Of a stretch of 64,000 bases of DNA, positions 53,027-63,168 are shown piece by piece. The stretch spans positions 1,760,001-1,824,000 of the forward strand of contig OZ240241.1 of assembly GCA_965198115.1 (NCBI GenBank), written 5' to 3'. This DNA comes from Candidatus Latescibacterota bacterium. GTDB taxonomy: Bacteria > Latescibacterota > UBA2968. How positions within the stretch are numbered: the stretch's first letter is position 1; the number at the start of each line of letters is the position of its first letter. Under the pieces are notes generated by a model, which was given only the letters and a program-made list of their open reading frames with translations, was not told where the DNA came from and searched no databases. Made by a program: the position numbers and the translations under genes.

Positions 53027-54274
53027 ATGGAGAAGCTATTTGCAGGGGATGGCGAAGTCAAGGTTGGGTCAGACGTTATGGATTTGGAGACGCGTTTATC
53101 GGTGATCCGGGCGCTGATTCCGCTGGGTCTGGAGGCCGTTGCCGACGTGCTCCAGCAGGAGGTGGAGCAGCTCGCAGGCGTTCGGTATGCGCGTAAGGGT
53201 TCAGAGCAGTCGCATCGTCGATGGGGAAGCCAGAAAGGGTCCGTGTATCTGATGGACCAGAAGCTGCCGGTGGCCGTTCCCCGTGTGCGCGACGTCGAGT
53301 CCGATACGGAGGTTTCTCTGGCCGCATACCGGGGGATGCAGAGGCCCAGAGCGATGGATGAGAAGCTGCTGCTTCGTGTGCTCAAGGGAATCTCCTGTCG
53401 CAACTACAGAGCCTGTGCAGAGTCGGTACCCGAAGCGTTCGGAATCTCGGCATCCTCCGTCTCGCGACGGTTCATCAAAGCCACCGCAAAGAAGCTGAAG
53501 CAGTTCCAGGAACGACCGCTCGACGACTACGACTTGGTCGCCCTGTTCATCGACGGAAAGAGCTTTGCCGACGAAGAGATCGTGATCGCTCCGGGCGTCA
53601 CGACGGACGGCCAGAAGATCCCCCTGGGCTTCGTCGAATCGGCGACGGAGAACGAACGGATCTGCCGTCAGCTGATCCAGGATCTCATCCGGAGAGGCCT
53701 GTGCTACGACCAGGGCCTTCTCGTTGTGCTGGACGGCTCAAAGGGACTCCGCAGTGCCGTCACCAAAGCCCTCAAAGGGGATGTGTGCGTGCATCGCTGT
53801 CAGTGGCACAAGCGCGAGAACGTCGTCAGCTACCTCCCGGAGGCAGAACGTCCAAGAGTTCGACGGAAACTTCAGAAAGCCTATGACTGCGACACCTACG
53901 AGGAGGCAAAGGCCGCACTCGAATCACTCAAACCCGAACTCAAGCTGATGAATCAGTCTGCCGTGGCAAGCCTCGAGGAAGGACTGGAGGAAACCCTGAC
54001 CCTCCACCGGCTGGGGATGCTCCCGTTCTTGAAGCGAAGCTTCCGAACCACCAATTGCATCGAGGCGCTCAACAGCATGACCGGCAACCTGATACGGAAG
54101 GTCAACCGCTGGAACAACTCTCCTCAGCGACACAGATGGGTCGCGGCCGCACTCCTCGACATCGAACCACGCCTGCGACGCGTGAGCGGATACAAACACC
54201 TCCCGCTGCTCAGGCAAGCACTGAAAAACAACCTGAATCTCGGCGACAATCAAGATGCTCGGCAGAGAGCATGA
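53027..54274 (+). CDS. IS256-family transposase (type B2)
   Basis: LFIDGK, VVLDGSKGL, HRCQWHKREN, RTTNCIE motifs. Confidence 0.94.
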   Translation: MEKLFAGDGEVKVGSDVMDLETRLSVIRALIPLGLEAVADVLQQEVEQLAGVRYARKGSEQSHRRWGSQKGSVYLMDQKLPVAVPRVRDVESDTEVSLAAYRGMQRPRAMDEKLLLRVLKGISCRNYRACAESVPEAFGISASSVSRRFIKATAKKLKQFQERPLDDYDLVALFIDGKSFADEEIVIAPGVTTDGQKIPLGFVESATENERICRQLIQDLIRRGLCYDQGLLVVLDGSKGLRSAVTKALKGDVCVHRCQWHKRENVVSYLPEAERPRVRRKLQKAYDCDTYEEAKAALESLKPELKLMNQSAVASLEEGLEETLTLHRLGMLPFLKRSFRTTNCIEALNSMTGNLIRKVNRWNNSPQRHRWVAAALLDIEPRLRRVSGYKHLPLLRQALKNNLNLGDNQDARQRA

Positions 54275-54310
54275 ATACCACGGAGCCCGATGAGTTTCAA
54301 CTGACTATGG

Positions 54311-55103
54311 TGTTACGGCTTACGATAGGTTCCCTCCCAAGTTACGCTATTCGCATTCTCACGCACCAAGAACTGACGACCCGGGGCTAAGGGGGATGAA
54401 CTCTCTGGGCGTTCCGATGTAGACCGCGCCCTTTTTCATTTTCCCACACGCCGCGAGAAATAGGACCGATTAGGCTCAAGACGTGGTCAGGCCAGGTCCC
54501 AGCGGGCATAGGGGGGGTGCGCGGTGTTGGCCCTGGGCGCGTCGCTGGCCCGAGGCCCGCACCGGGGGGGGTAGGGGGGAAACGGTCAGCTCTCTTTTGG
54601 ACACCGGTCATGTCCCGTTTCTTTTACTAATCCGTCCTAATTTTAGTTCCGGACTGGCGCATCGCGGCCGTTGTCGACGAAAGGGGGTTTTTTCAGGTGT
54701 CGGAAACACTTAAACCAGTGCAAAAACAAGAGCTTGCGTATGTCGACAAGGTGGTTTTGAAGCTGCTTCCCGAAAATGGCGAAGCGGGGTAGAAAATCGG
54801 CCATTTCCCTGGCGGTGTTGCCGATGGCGGACCCGTCGGAGGTCGAGAGCGTTTCGCGTCCCGATCCCCCGGAATGTGCCAAACGCGTTCGCGTAAAGAA
54901 AGGGACATCAGGCGTAGGTCCGACAACCGCTTTTGGCCGTTGCGCCTTGTAAGTACTCCTATGGCACTATGTCGCATGGCCGCCAGATCTTAGGTGACCC
55001 TCAACTCATTAGGGAACGGTCTCCACTGTTAACCGTATTGAAACGATTCTGCCTATTCTGCGAATAGCTTAAGCCGGGCGGAGAATTATCGCAAGGCGTC
55101 ACA
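54311..55103 (+). mobile_element. Transposase-less element of 793 bp (MITE-like), copy 1; strand is arbitrary
   Basis: Imperfect IRs of about 45 bp TGT(T/G)ACG(G/C)CTT(A/G)CGATA...GCTATTCGCA; 7-bp TSD ACTATGG at 54304-54310 and 55104-55110. Confidence 0.92.
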
Positions 55104-55662
55104 ACTATGGGACTTGACCTTGCTTCACGCACTCCGATCACAGGGACTCAAGGGCACCGCGTGGACCAAACCTCAGGTCAACACGATACAGAACCGTTTC
55201 CTCAAAATCGGCGCGAGAGTCATTGAAAGCGCACGAAGAATCCGATTCCATTTTCCAACATCGTATCCACTCAAAAACGTCTTGGTGTCAATCATCACCA
55301 GGCTCGAAACGAACACGCAGTAACAACGCCGATCTATACCGGGGACAGCTATGTACACGTCGCAAAACAACACCTGTTCCGGACGAAAATCGTGACTCTT
55401 GCGACTCGTAGAGACCGCTTACGGGACCTTGGACATCCGAAGAAGCCGAGAACAAATCCTGTGCGTGATCACATCACTCCAAAACAACCTAAACTCAAAT
55501 TCATGCATGATTCAGGCTAAGACGAGACTGGACGCTTTGCTGTGACGCCTTGCGATAATTCTCCGCCCGGCTTAAGCTATTCGCAGAATAGGCAGAATCG
55601 TTTCAATACGGTTAACAGTGGAGACCGTTCCCTAATGAGTTGAGGGTCACCTAAGATCTGGC

Positions 55663-57035
55663 GAGCTATAATCAAAAGGTGTGGAAAAAGAGAAAGGGCG
55701 ACCCTACCCTTCCCGTGAGATAGTTGATTCACACAAAACCGGGTGAGAGGCCCGGTTGGGAAGGAGGATCGCCGTGAAGGAACATACGCATAGAGCCCCA
55801 TTGAAGTCCATGCCGACGTGGGAGACGGTTGACGATTGGATCCGTGAAGAGATCCAGGGCCGGTTCCAGTCCATTCTGGAGGAGGAGGCGACCGCGTTCT
55901 TGGGCCGGTCGTGGTATGAGCGCCGAGCCGAGGTTGATAGCTCCAGGGGCTACAGGAACGGCTACGGCAAGCCCCGGCGTCTCTCGACGAGCTGCGGAAC
56001 GATCAAGGTCCGGCGTCCCCGGGTTCGTGGTCTGGAAGAGCGGTTTGAAAGCCGCATCCTCCCCCTGTTCGCCCGGAGAACCAGGGCCATTGGAGATCTG
56101 CTTCCCGACCTTTATCTCCACGGTCTCTCCCAGGGCGACTTCGAGTTGTCTTTGCGTGCGCTGCTCGGTGATGGCGCGCCGCTTTCGCCGACCTCGATCG
56201 CTCGTCTTCGAGGGAAGTGGGAGGTCGACTTCCAGGACTGGAAAGAAAGGCGTCTGGATAATCGCGAACTGGTCTACGCCTGGGCTGATGGCATCTACGT
56301 CAAAGCCGGGCTCGAGCGCGAGAAGGCGTGTCTGCTGGTCGTGATCGGCGCGATGAGCGACGGCAGCAAGGAGATCCTGGCGATAGAACCCGGTTATCGA
56401 GAGTCTACAGAATCCTGGCTCACGGTGCTACGGGATCTCCGGGATCGCGGGCTCGAACATCCTGTCCTGATCGCCGCGGACGGGAATATGGGCATCTGGG
56501 CGGCCGTTGATCAGGTCTGGCCAGAGAGCCGGCAAAACGGTGCTGGAACCACAAGATCCTCAACGTGCTCGACAAGGTCGCCAAGCGTGCACAGGCTGAA
56601 GCCCGCGCACTGCTCGTCCAGATCCCCTATGCCGGCACGAAAAAGGAGGCCGAGAAGCTCCGGAAACGCTTTGCCGCACGGTATCGCTCACAGTTCCCTG
56701 CCGCCGTGGAGACGCTCGAAAGAAACTGGGATCGGATGGTCACGTTCTACGACTTCCCGAAGGAACACTGGAAACACCTGAGAACCACGAACGTCGTCGA
56801 GAGCCCCTTTGCTTCCGTTCGGCTTCGCACAAACGCCGCCAGGCGATTCAAGAAAGTCAGGAACGCCACGGCTCTCATCTGGCGTACGCTCAAGGTCGCA
56901 GAGAGCCGATTCAGGAAACTCACCGCGCCACACTTGCTACAACAAGTCTACGATCAGAAACACTCAACCGGACCGCAGGTCGAAGCCGGGAAGATGGCCG
57001 CCTGATTTCTTTTACACACCTATTGACCTGAGCTC
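55663..57035 (+). mobile_element. IS256-family type A copy 2; transposase frameshifted near 56535
   Basis: Near-identical to 7213-8586; TSD GATCTGGC / CATCTGGC (7 of 8). Confidence 0.94.
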
Positions 57036-57636
57036 CATCTGGCGGCCATGCGACATAGTGCCATAGGAGTACTTACAAGGCGCAACGGCCAAAAGCGGTT
57101 GTCGGACCTACGCCTGATGTCCCTTTCTTTACGCGAACGCGTTTGGCACATTCCGGGGGATCGGGACGCGAAACGCTCTCGACCTCCGACGGGTCCGCCA
57201 TCGGCAACACCGCCAGGGAAATGGCCGATTTTCTACCCCGCTTCGCCATTTTCGGGAAGCAGCTTCAAAACCACCTTGTCGACATACGCAAGCTCTTGTT
57301 TTTGCACTGGTTTAAGTGTTTCCGACACCTGAAAAACCCCCCTTTCGTCGACAACGGCCGCGATGCGCCAGTCCGGAACGAAAATTAGGACGGATTAGTA
57401 AAAGAATGGGGACATGACCGGTGTCCAAAAGAGAGCTGACCGTTTCCACCCCCCCCACCCCCCTAGTGCGGGCCTCGGGCCAGCGACGCGCCCAGGGCCA
57501 ACACCGCGCACCCCCTATGCCCGCTGGGACCTGACCTGGCCACGTCTTGAGCCTAATCGGTCGAAACGCGCTATTTTCGCGGTTCGAGAGCCTACTTCTC
57601 GCGCGTGTGGGAAAATGAAAAGGGCGCGGTCTACAT

Positions 57637-59024
57637 GGTCAAGTCCCATAGTCAGTTGAAAACTCATCGGGCCCCGTAGTTTGGTCAGGCTCTCTTTTGA
57701 GCATTCTGTTCGTTGTCGAGATTCAGATCTTTGTTCAGTGCTTGCCTGAGTAGGGGAAGATGTTTGTATCCGCTCACGCGTCGCAGGCGAGGTTCGATGT
57801 CGAGGAGTGCGGCAGCCACCCATCTGTGTCTCTGGGGAGAGTTGTTCCAGCGTCTGACCTTCCGAGTGAGCTCGCCGGTCATGCTGTTGAGGGCTTCGAT
57901 GCAGTTGGTGGTTCGGAAGCTTCGTTTCAAGAATGGGAGCATACCCAGCCGGTGGAGGGTCAGGGTTTCCTCCAGGCCTTCCTCGAGGCTCGTTACGGCA
58001 GACTGATTCATCAGCTTCAGTTCGGGTTTAAGTGATTCGAGTGCGGCCTTTGCCTCCTCGTAGGTGTCGCAGTCATAGGCTTTCTGGAGCTTCCGTCGAA
58101 CTCTTGGACGTTCCCTCTCCGGGAGATAGCTGACGACATTCTCGCGCTTGTGCCACTGACAGCGATGCACGCGCACATACCCTTTGAGGGCTTTGGTGAC
58201 AGCACTGCGGAGTCCCTTTGAGCCGTCAAGCACAACGAGAAGGCCCTGGTCGTAGCACAGGCCTCTCCGGATGAGGTCCTGGATCAGCTGGCGGCAGATC
58301 CGTTCGTTCTCCGTCGCCGATTCGACGAAGCCCAGGGGGATCTTCTGGCCGTCCATCGTGACCCCCAGAGCGATCACGATCTCTTCGTCGGCAAAGCTCT
58401 TTCCGTCAATGAACAGGGTCACGAAGCCGTAGTCGTCGAGGGGACGCTCCTGGAACTGCTTCAGCTTCTTCGCGGTGGCTTTGATGAACCGCCGCGAGAC
58501 GGAGGACGCTGAGATACCAAACGCTTCTGGAACCGATTCGGCACAGGCCTTGTAGTTGCGGCACGAGATCCCCTTGAGAACACGAAGCAACAGCCCCTCG
58601 TCCGTCTTCTTGGGCGTCTGTAGAGCCCGGTATGCAGCCAGGGAAACCTCTGCGTCGGCCTCGACGTCGCGCACCCGGGGAACGTCTAACGGGAGCTTCT
58701 GGTCCATCAGATACACGGATCCCTTCTGGCTTCCCCACCGACGATGCGCCTGCTCCGAACCTTTGCGCGCATACCGAACGCCTGCGAGCTGCTCGACCTC
58801 CTGCTGGAGGAGGTCTGCCACTGCCTCCAGACCCAACGGGATCAACGCCTGGATCACCGACAAACGCGTCTCCAAATCGATGACATCGCCCTCAACCTTG
58901 ACTTCACCATCGCCTACAAATAGCTTCTCCATCTGGGCTCCTTTCTTACGGGTATACGCTCCTACACGTCTACCCAACGTAAGTTTGGAGCCCTCTAAGT
59001 TTCAACTACGATAGGCACAACACC
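57637..59024 (-). mobile_element. IS256-family type B1, complete
   Basis: 8-bp TSD GTCTACAT at 57629-57636 and 59025-59032. Confidence 0.96.
57685..58932 (-). CDS. IS256-family transposase (type B1, intact)
   Basis: Open frame; ATG MEKLF after AAAGGAG; same DDE-region motifs as type B2. Confidence 0.94.
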   Translation of the reverse strand: MEKLFVGDGEVKVEGDVIDLETRLSVIQALIPLGLEAVADLLQQEVEQLAGVRYARKGSEQAHRRWGSQKGSVYLMDQKLPLDVPRVRDVEADAEVSLAAYRALQTPKKTDEGLLLRVLKGISCRNYKACAESVPEAFGISASSVSRRFIKATAKKLKQFQERPLDDYGFVTLFIDGKSFADEEIVIALGVTMDGQKIPLGFVESATENERICRQLIQDLIRRGLCYDQGLLVVLDGSKGLRSAVTKALKGYVRVHRCQWHKRENVVSYLPERERPRVRRKLQKAYDCDTYEEAKAALESLKPELKLMNQSAVTSLEEGLEETLTLHRLGMLPFLKRSFRTTNCIEALNSMTGELTRKVRRWNNSPQRHRWVAAALLDIEPRLRRVSGYKHLPLLRQALNKDLNLDNEQNAQKRA

Positions 59025-59049
59025 GTCTACATCGGGACGCCCAGAGAGT

Positions 59050-60117
59050 TCATCCTCCCTTATCTCCGGTCGTCAGTTCTTGGTGCGTGAGAATGCGAAT
59101 AGCGTAATCTGGGCGGGAATCTATCGTAAGCCGTAACAGCTTTGCGCGGCCAACAACCCCGTTGTGACCGCGTCCAACGTCGATGTCGGCGAGACCCGCA
59201 TTTTCGTGCCACTTTCTAAAGGTCCTGACGGTCTGAGGCTTATCGAAGACGGGTGACAACATGTCGAATGTATCGAGATAGGCCCACTCCCGGAGCATCT
59301 CATCCGTCGCTTCGGGGAGGACTCTGGAATAGTCCGCAACGAGCAGGCGCCAGTTGATTGCCGATCCGATGGCGGGTAGGCGCCTCAGAATGCGAGCAAG
59401 CGGCCACAAACAATCGACATGAGCCATTGTCCTTCGATAGAGCGACTCTGGATCTGACCGATCGATGAACGGACGGACCCAGTACTTCGTGTGGAGCGCC
59501 CAGTGAAGGAGATCTTTGATGTATATATCTGATGCGATCCTCCCTCCGGGCGAGAGCATGTCGGCAATACTTAGGAAGGCCGACCTTGGGTCTGGCGTGT
59601 GCTGCAGAACGCCGAAACAGAACACCTTTGGGAAGGTGTGAATCTTGAAGGGCATGGAGAACACATCAGCTTGAACGAGAAGGAGTCTCGGGTTCGAGCC
59701 GTTGGAACGGAAATTCGCGTCGACGGCAGCCGAATAGTCGAAGGAGACCACGGTTGCACCCGTATCCAGGGCCTCTCTGGTGAATCGCCCGGACCCGCTC
59801 CCGGCCTCGAGGATCGTCTCCCCCTCCAGACAGTCGTCCCACCCTGTCACCTCTGCGAAACGCTCCGATGTCGTTTCGTGCTGCGAGTAGTGATCGAACT
59901 GCGTCTGGTGGTGGATGTTCCATTCCGTGCCAAACGACCGGGCGTAGTTTTCTTCAGGAACAAACCGTGGAATGAAGTCTCGAACGGGATACGATGTCCC
60001 CTGATCGCTGACCAGCCGACCTTCCTGGACCTGATCGTTAACGAACGTAGCGTCGCGCAACTCCAGCGGCAAGCGGGTCTTGGGGCAGACGAGCAGAGAC
60101 AAATGTTCAGGACGCAC
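59050..60117 (-). CDS. Class I SAM methyltransferase with Trm112-like N-terminus; C-terminal tail replaced by the inserted element
   Basis: LVCPKT, YPVRDFIPRFV, SFGTEW, LEAGSGSGRF, FGVLQHTPDP, DTFD.LSP. Confidence 0.9.
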   Translation of the reverse strand: MRPEHLSLLVCPKTRLPLELRDATFVNDQVQEGRLVSDQGTSYPVRDFIPRFVPEENYARSFGTEWNIHHQTQFDHYSQHETTSERFAEVTGWDDCLEGETILEAGSGSGRFTREALDTGATVVSFDYSAAVDANFRSNGSNPRLLLVQADVFSMPFKIHTFPKVFCFGVLQHTPDPRSAFLSIADMLSPGGRIASDIYIKDLLHWALHTKYWVRPFIDRSDPESLYRRTMAHVDCLWPLARILRRLPAIGSAINWRLLVADYSRVLPEATDEMLREWAYLDTFDMLSPVFDKPQTVRTFRKWHENAGLADIDVGRGHNGVVGRAKLLRLTIDSRPDYAIRILTHQELTTGDKGG

Positions 60118-61147
60118 CGTCGTTCCCCTGGTTGCCCGGGATCACGAATGCTTTGCTGGCGGCAACGTAGGACCAGACCACGCCCCCTTCGAGGCCTTCT
60201 AAGATCCACCCATCTCCTTGCCTGTTCACCTTGGTCCGCGAGCGATCGAGCCACCAGCGCGCGACGTCTCTTGGCAGGGCTGCCCAACATCCTCCGGTCT
60301 CGGCCACGTTGCTCAGAAAGGTCTGGTAGGCGGAGAGCGTGTCCGGGTCTCTCAAATAGTCCGGATGCGTGTTCATTACGGCTGCCCCGTGATGGGCAGA
60401 AATGAACGCGCACTTCTCCAGCCACGTTGCCATCATCTCGGCGCCGAACATCTCTTTAAGCGTGTGGTCCTGCGGCAGCGTTGTCGGCAGTTCGACGAAC
60501 CGGCCGATCACGTAAGGCCAGACCGTCACCACGCCGCCGGGCATGGGCTCGTAGGGATCGGTATCGAAAAAGGACAGGTCATACTCGATGTTCAGGCGTT
60601 GCATCCACTCGGGATGTCGATGCATAAGTGGGGATCGAAACCCACACGCATTCCATTGCTTGAGATATCCATTGATCGATCGTGCACGATCTGAGAATTC
60701 GGACTGACTCTGGTAGAGCCGGCCGTCGTGGTTGAGCCCGTGCAGGCCAACCTCGAAGCCTCGCGCTCGGAGGCTCTGCAGAAGCTGTTCGGGGACGTCG
60801 TACGCGTGGGGGCTAAAGTTGAAGGAGGATCGAAACCCAAGCCGTTCCTCAACCGCTGCGACCTCGAGCACGAACTCGACGCCCTTGGGCGTCTCGACGT
60901 CGTGTGTAAGTACGAGGGCGAATGTGTGGGGGCCAGGCCACAGTCCGATGATCGGCAGTTTTTCCTGTTGGGTCCGTTTGGCGACTCCGTCCAGTATCGC
61001 ATACTGAAACCGGACGAACCTGTCTTCGATTGGCCACTGGAGTAAACTGTGAGCCTGACGACGATTCAGCCTCCGAAGCCAAGGCCGAAGCCCTCGGGGC
61101 AGGACAGGCCGGACCCATCTGTAGTAGAACCGGTTCGCTGCCGACAA
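60107..61147 (-). CDS. Polysaccharide deacetylase family protein
   Basis: LTHDVE, EVGLHG..HDG, GFRSP, YDLSFFD, ELPTTLPQD, NTHPDY. The frame stays open to about 61365, so the true start may be further upstream. Confidence 0.88.
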   Translation of the reverse strand: MSAANRFYYRWVRPVLPRGLRPWLRRLNRRQAHSLLQWPIEDRFVRFQYAILDGVAKRTQQEKLPIIGLWPGPHTFALVLTHDVETPKGVEFVLEVAAVEERLGFRSSFNFSPHAYDVPEQLLQSLRARGFEVGLHGLNHDGRLYQSQSEFSDRARSINGYLKQWNACGFRSPLMHRHPEWMQRLNIEYDLSFFDTDPYEPMPGGVVTVWPYVIGRFVELPTTLPQDHTLKEMFGAEMMATWLEKCAFISAHHGAAVMNTHPDYLRDPDTLSAYQTFLSNVAETGGCWAALPRDVARWWLDRSRTKVNRQGDGWILEGLEGGVVWSYVAASKAFVIPGNQGNDGAS

Positions 61148-61353
61148 CCTGAAGTCCGTAGGGCAAAAATACTGTTCAGCAAGGACACGCTGGTAGGCAT
61201 CTGGCGCTGTGAGCCCGCGGTGCCCCGGCCCGAGGGCAAGCAGCGCATCTGAAGTCGCCTCGGTGAAGAAAGACTTAGGGGGTTCACTACAGATCCGCCA
61301 GAATGCGGCCGGCGTGTTGTCCGCGTACAGCTCCGCTAGTGTATCGATATCGT

Positions 61354-62391
61354 CTACCCTACGTGTTCATACAAAAGCTCGCCGACCGAACGGACGGCCA
61401 CGCTCGGAAGCCGACGAAGCAAACCCGACAGACTCGATCCAAGCCCGGACGTGGCCCCCTTCTGACCCCCGACATAGGTGTATCGCAGGTCGGATTCGAC
61501 CGTACCCCATCCACTTTTGAATGCTCGCAGGCCACCATTCTCCACGTCGGTCCGGCCAAAATCGAAGAGGGCCTGACCGTTCAGACAACCCCACTCGATG
61601 GCATGCCACAACACGGCGTGGTTGGGACTGAGCTTCCACGCACGATGATCCGAAGCGCTGTACTTGTAGATGACCTTCCTGTTCCAGACGAGAAAGATAG
61701 AACTGGCCACCGGACTGCCGGCGTGATACGCCGTGACCACAAAGCCGAGGCCCCGTCGGATCAGATGCTTCCACAGGAGGTTGAAGTATCGAAGTGGCTG
61801 AACCGGAACCCCGTGCCTGCGGCGCGTCTCTACGTGGAGACGATAGAAGGTGCGAAGCGCGGGATAGCTGGTTTCGTGCCGTATTCTTGCGCCTTGCCGG
61901 TAAGCTCGTTCCACACATTGCTGCACGCGTGTCTTCTTGAATGTGGAAAACACGACGCCAGGATCATCAGCCAGGTTGAGCGTGTGGAGAACCGCCGTCG
62001 TCGGGCTTGCGTCAAAATCGAGAGGGTCACCGGGAAACATCCCGCGCACTTCGATCTGCGGCGCACGTCCGCTCGAAACCAGCGCCTTGGCCCCCGAAAC
62101 GAGAAGCTCTGAGAGTGATTCCGAGCCACAAAGAGGCGTGCAGTGATCGGAAAAAGGAACGCCGACCCACCGACGGCCAGTCAGCGGACTCGATATGAAG
62201 GTGACTGGAAAGCCCGCAACAATTCTCTCTGATTCCCATAGGCCGACAATCCGCGCCCGGTATCCGTACGCGTCCGAAAGGCACCGCAGCCACTCTGGGT
62301 GATGGAAGATGCTGGAGTTCTCGTTCCCCTCTATGAACGAAGTCCACGCAGGATGGGAGGGATCCGACAGTCCAAAGCGAATGTTGCCCAT
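61354..62391 (-). CDS. GNAT family N-acetyltransferase (FemAB-like, polysaccharide-associated)
   Basis: IFHHPEW, VPFSDHC, HGVPVQP, YKYSAS, FDFGRT, GLRAFKSGWG. Confidence 0.9.
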   Translation of the reverse strand: MGNIRFGLSDPSHPAWTSFIEGNENSSIFHHPEWLRCLSDAYGYRARIVGLWESERIVAGFPVTFISSPLTGRRWVGVPFSDHCTPLCGSESLSELLVSGAKALVSSGRAPQIEVRGMFPGDPLDFDASPTTAVLHTLNLADDPGVVFSTFKKTRVQQCVERAYRQGARIRHETSYPALRTFYRLHVETRRRHGVPVQPLRYFNLLWKHLIRRGLGFVVTAYHAGSPVASSIFLVWNRKVIYKYSASDHRAWKLSPNHAVLWHAIEWGCLNGQALFDFGRTDVENGGLRAFKSGWGTVESDLRYTYVGGQKGATSGLGSSLSGLLRRLPSVAVRSVGELLYEHVG

Positions 62392-63168
62392 CTATCTGGC
62401 CGCCAGATTCCGCAAGTCCCTCAGGCGGAGCACCGATCGTCGTCCGTGTTCCTTCCTCTGGGATCGAGTTGGCCGCCTTTCGTAGACCCCTTGGGATTGC
62501 GTGGATGCCTGTTCCCAAAGCCGGTCGGCGTCGAGAATAAACCTGGTGACGCAGGCTTCCACAGCTACAGAAGCATGTTCTTCTACTTCATATTCGGACA
62601 TGTATCGTGTTATTGAGAACCTCTCCATCATACAAATCTCGCCCCGGTCCCAGGAGTACGCGTGTCTGTGGATCGTAACCGCCGAGTCACACCGTCCCCT
62701 CGAAAGAGCCCAGAAGTGTGGGGTGGGACCACGATTGTGGGGCAGCGACCCGGGGTGGACGTTCACGGAGTGACGCAGACCCGCCAAGGGAACAGGAATT
62801 CTGAAAGGAAAGATGCAGCTCACTAGGGTCTGAATGCCTGGGAGACCCCCGAGCAGCTGCGCCAGGTCCGACTTGCCGTCCCACGACACGACGGGCGGCC
62901 CGGGATGATCGATAAGGAATTCCCTGAGTGAACGGTACGGTCCGTAGCGTTTGATGCCGGAGCGGCGAAGCAGACAATGCATTGCCCTGACTGCGCCAAC
63001 AGCGCAGACAGACAAGGCGTACACCAGTCCCTGCTTCCAGAGGGACCGCTTCTGCCCCGAAGGGACGACAACTACCGCCAGTTTGGATTCTAAAACCACT
63101 GCAGCCGAAGCTGACGTCGGGCTCCACACGCTGCCGAGCAGTGCCACATCGCGTTGGCCCTCCTTCAT
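62392..63168 (-). CDS. Formyltransferase family protein
   Basis: VNVHPGSLPHNRGPTP.FW, AVTIH, WDRGEI. Confidence 0.85.
   Translation of the reverse strand: MKEGQRDVALLGSVWSPTSASAAVVLESKLAVVVVPSGQKRSLWKQGLVYALSVCAVGAVRAMHCLLRRSGIKRYGPYRSLREFLIDHPGPPVVSWDGKSDLAQLLGGLPGIQTLVSCIFPFRIPVPLAGLRHSVNVHPGSLPHNRGPTPHFWALSRGRCDSAVTIHRHAYSWDRGEICMMERFSITRYMSEYEVEEHASVAVEACVTRFILDADRLWEQASTQSQGVYERRPTRSQRKEHGRRSVLRLRDLRNLAAR

Larger units (their letters stand above)
52932..55119 (+). mobile_element. IS256-family type B2, complete but with the non-coding element inserted in its right IR
   Basis: 8-bp TSD TTGCTTCA at 52924-52931 and 55120-55127; right IR split ...CTGACTATGG|GACTTGACC. Confidence 0.95.
52838..55516 (+). 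mobile_element. IS1380-family 3' remnant (52838-52931 plus 55120-55516) split by IS256-B2
   Basis: SDRTSCHKFEANQFRLFLHSAAYALL|HALR...FLKIGARV...RIRFHFPTSYP joins in frame; end ...TCATGCATGATTCAGG. Confidence 0.88.
55541..59138 (-). mobile_element. Transposase-less element copy 2 (inverted relative to copy 1), carrying two later IS256 insertions
   Basis: 7-bp TSD GCTTTGC at 55534-55540 and 59139-59145; segments 55541-55662, 57044-57636 and 59033-59138 reassemble to an inverted homolog of 54311-55103. Confidence 0.92.

Noticed and set aside
49746-54310. Composite transposon bounded by inverted IS256-B2 copies
   Set aside because: The right copy has its own TSD (TTGCTTCA) and the outer flanks share no duplication.
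54643-54977. 79-aa and 94-aa ORFs repeated in both copies of the non-coding element
   Set aside because: They overlap in different frames, have no recognisable motif or clear RBS, and are shared only because the DNA is near-identical. A small peptide cannot be fully excluded.
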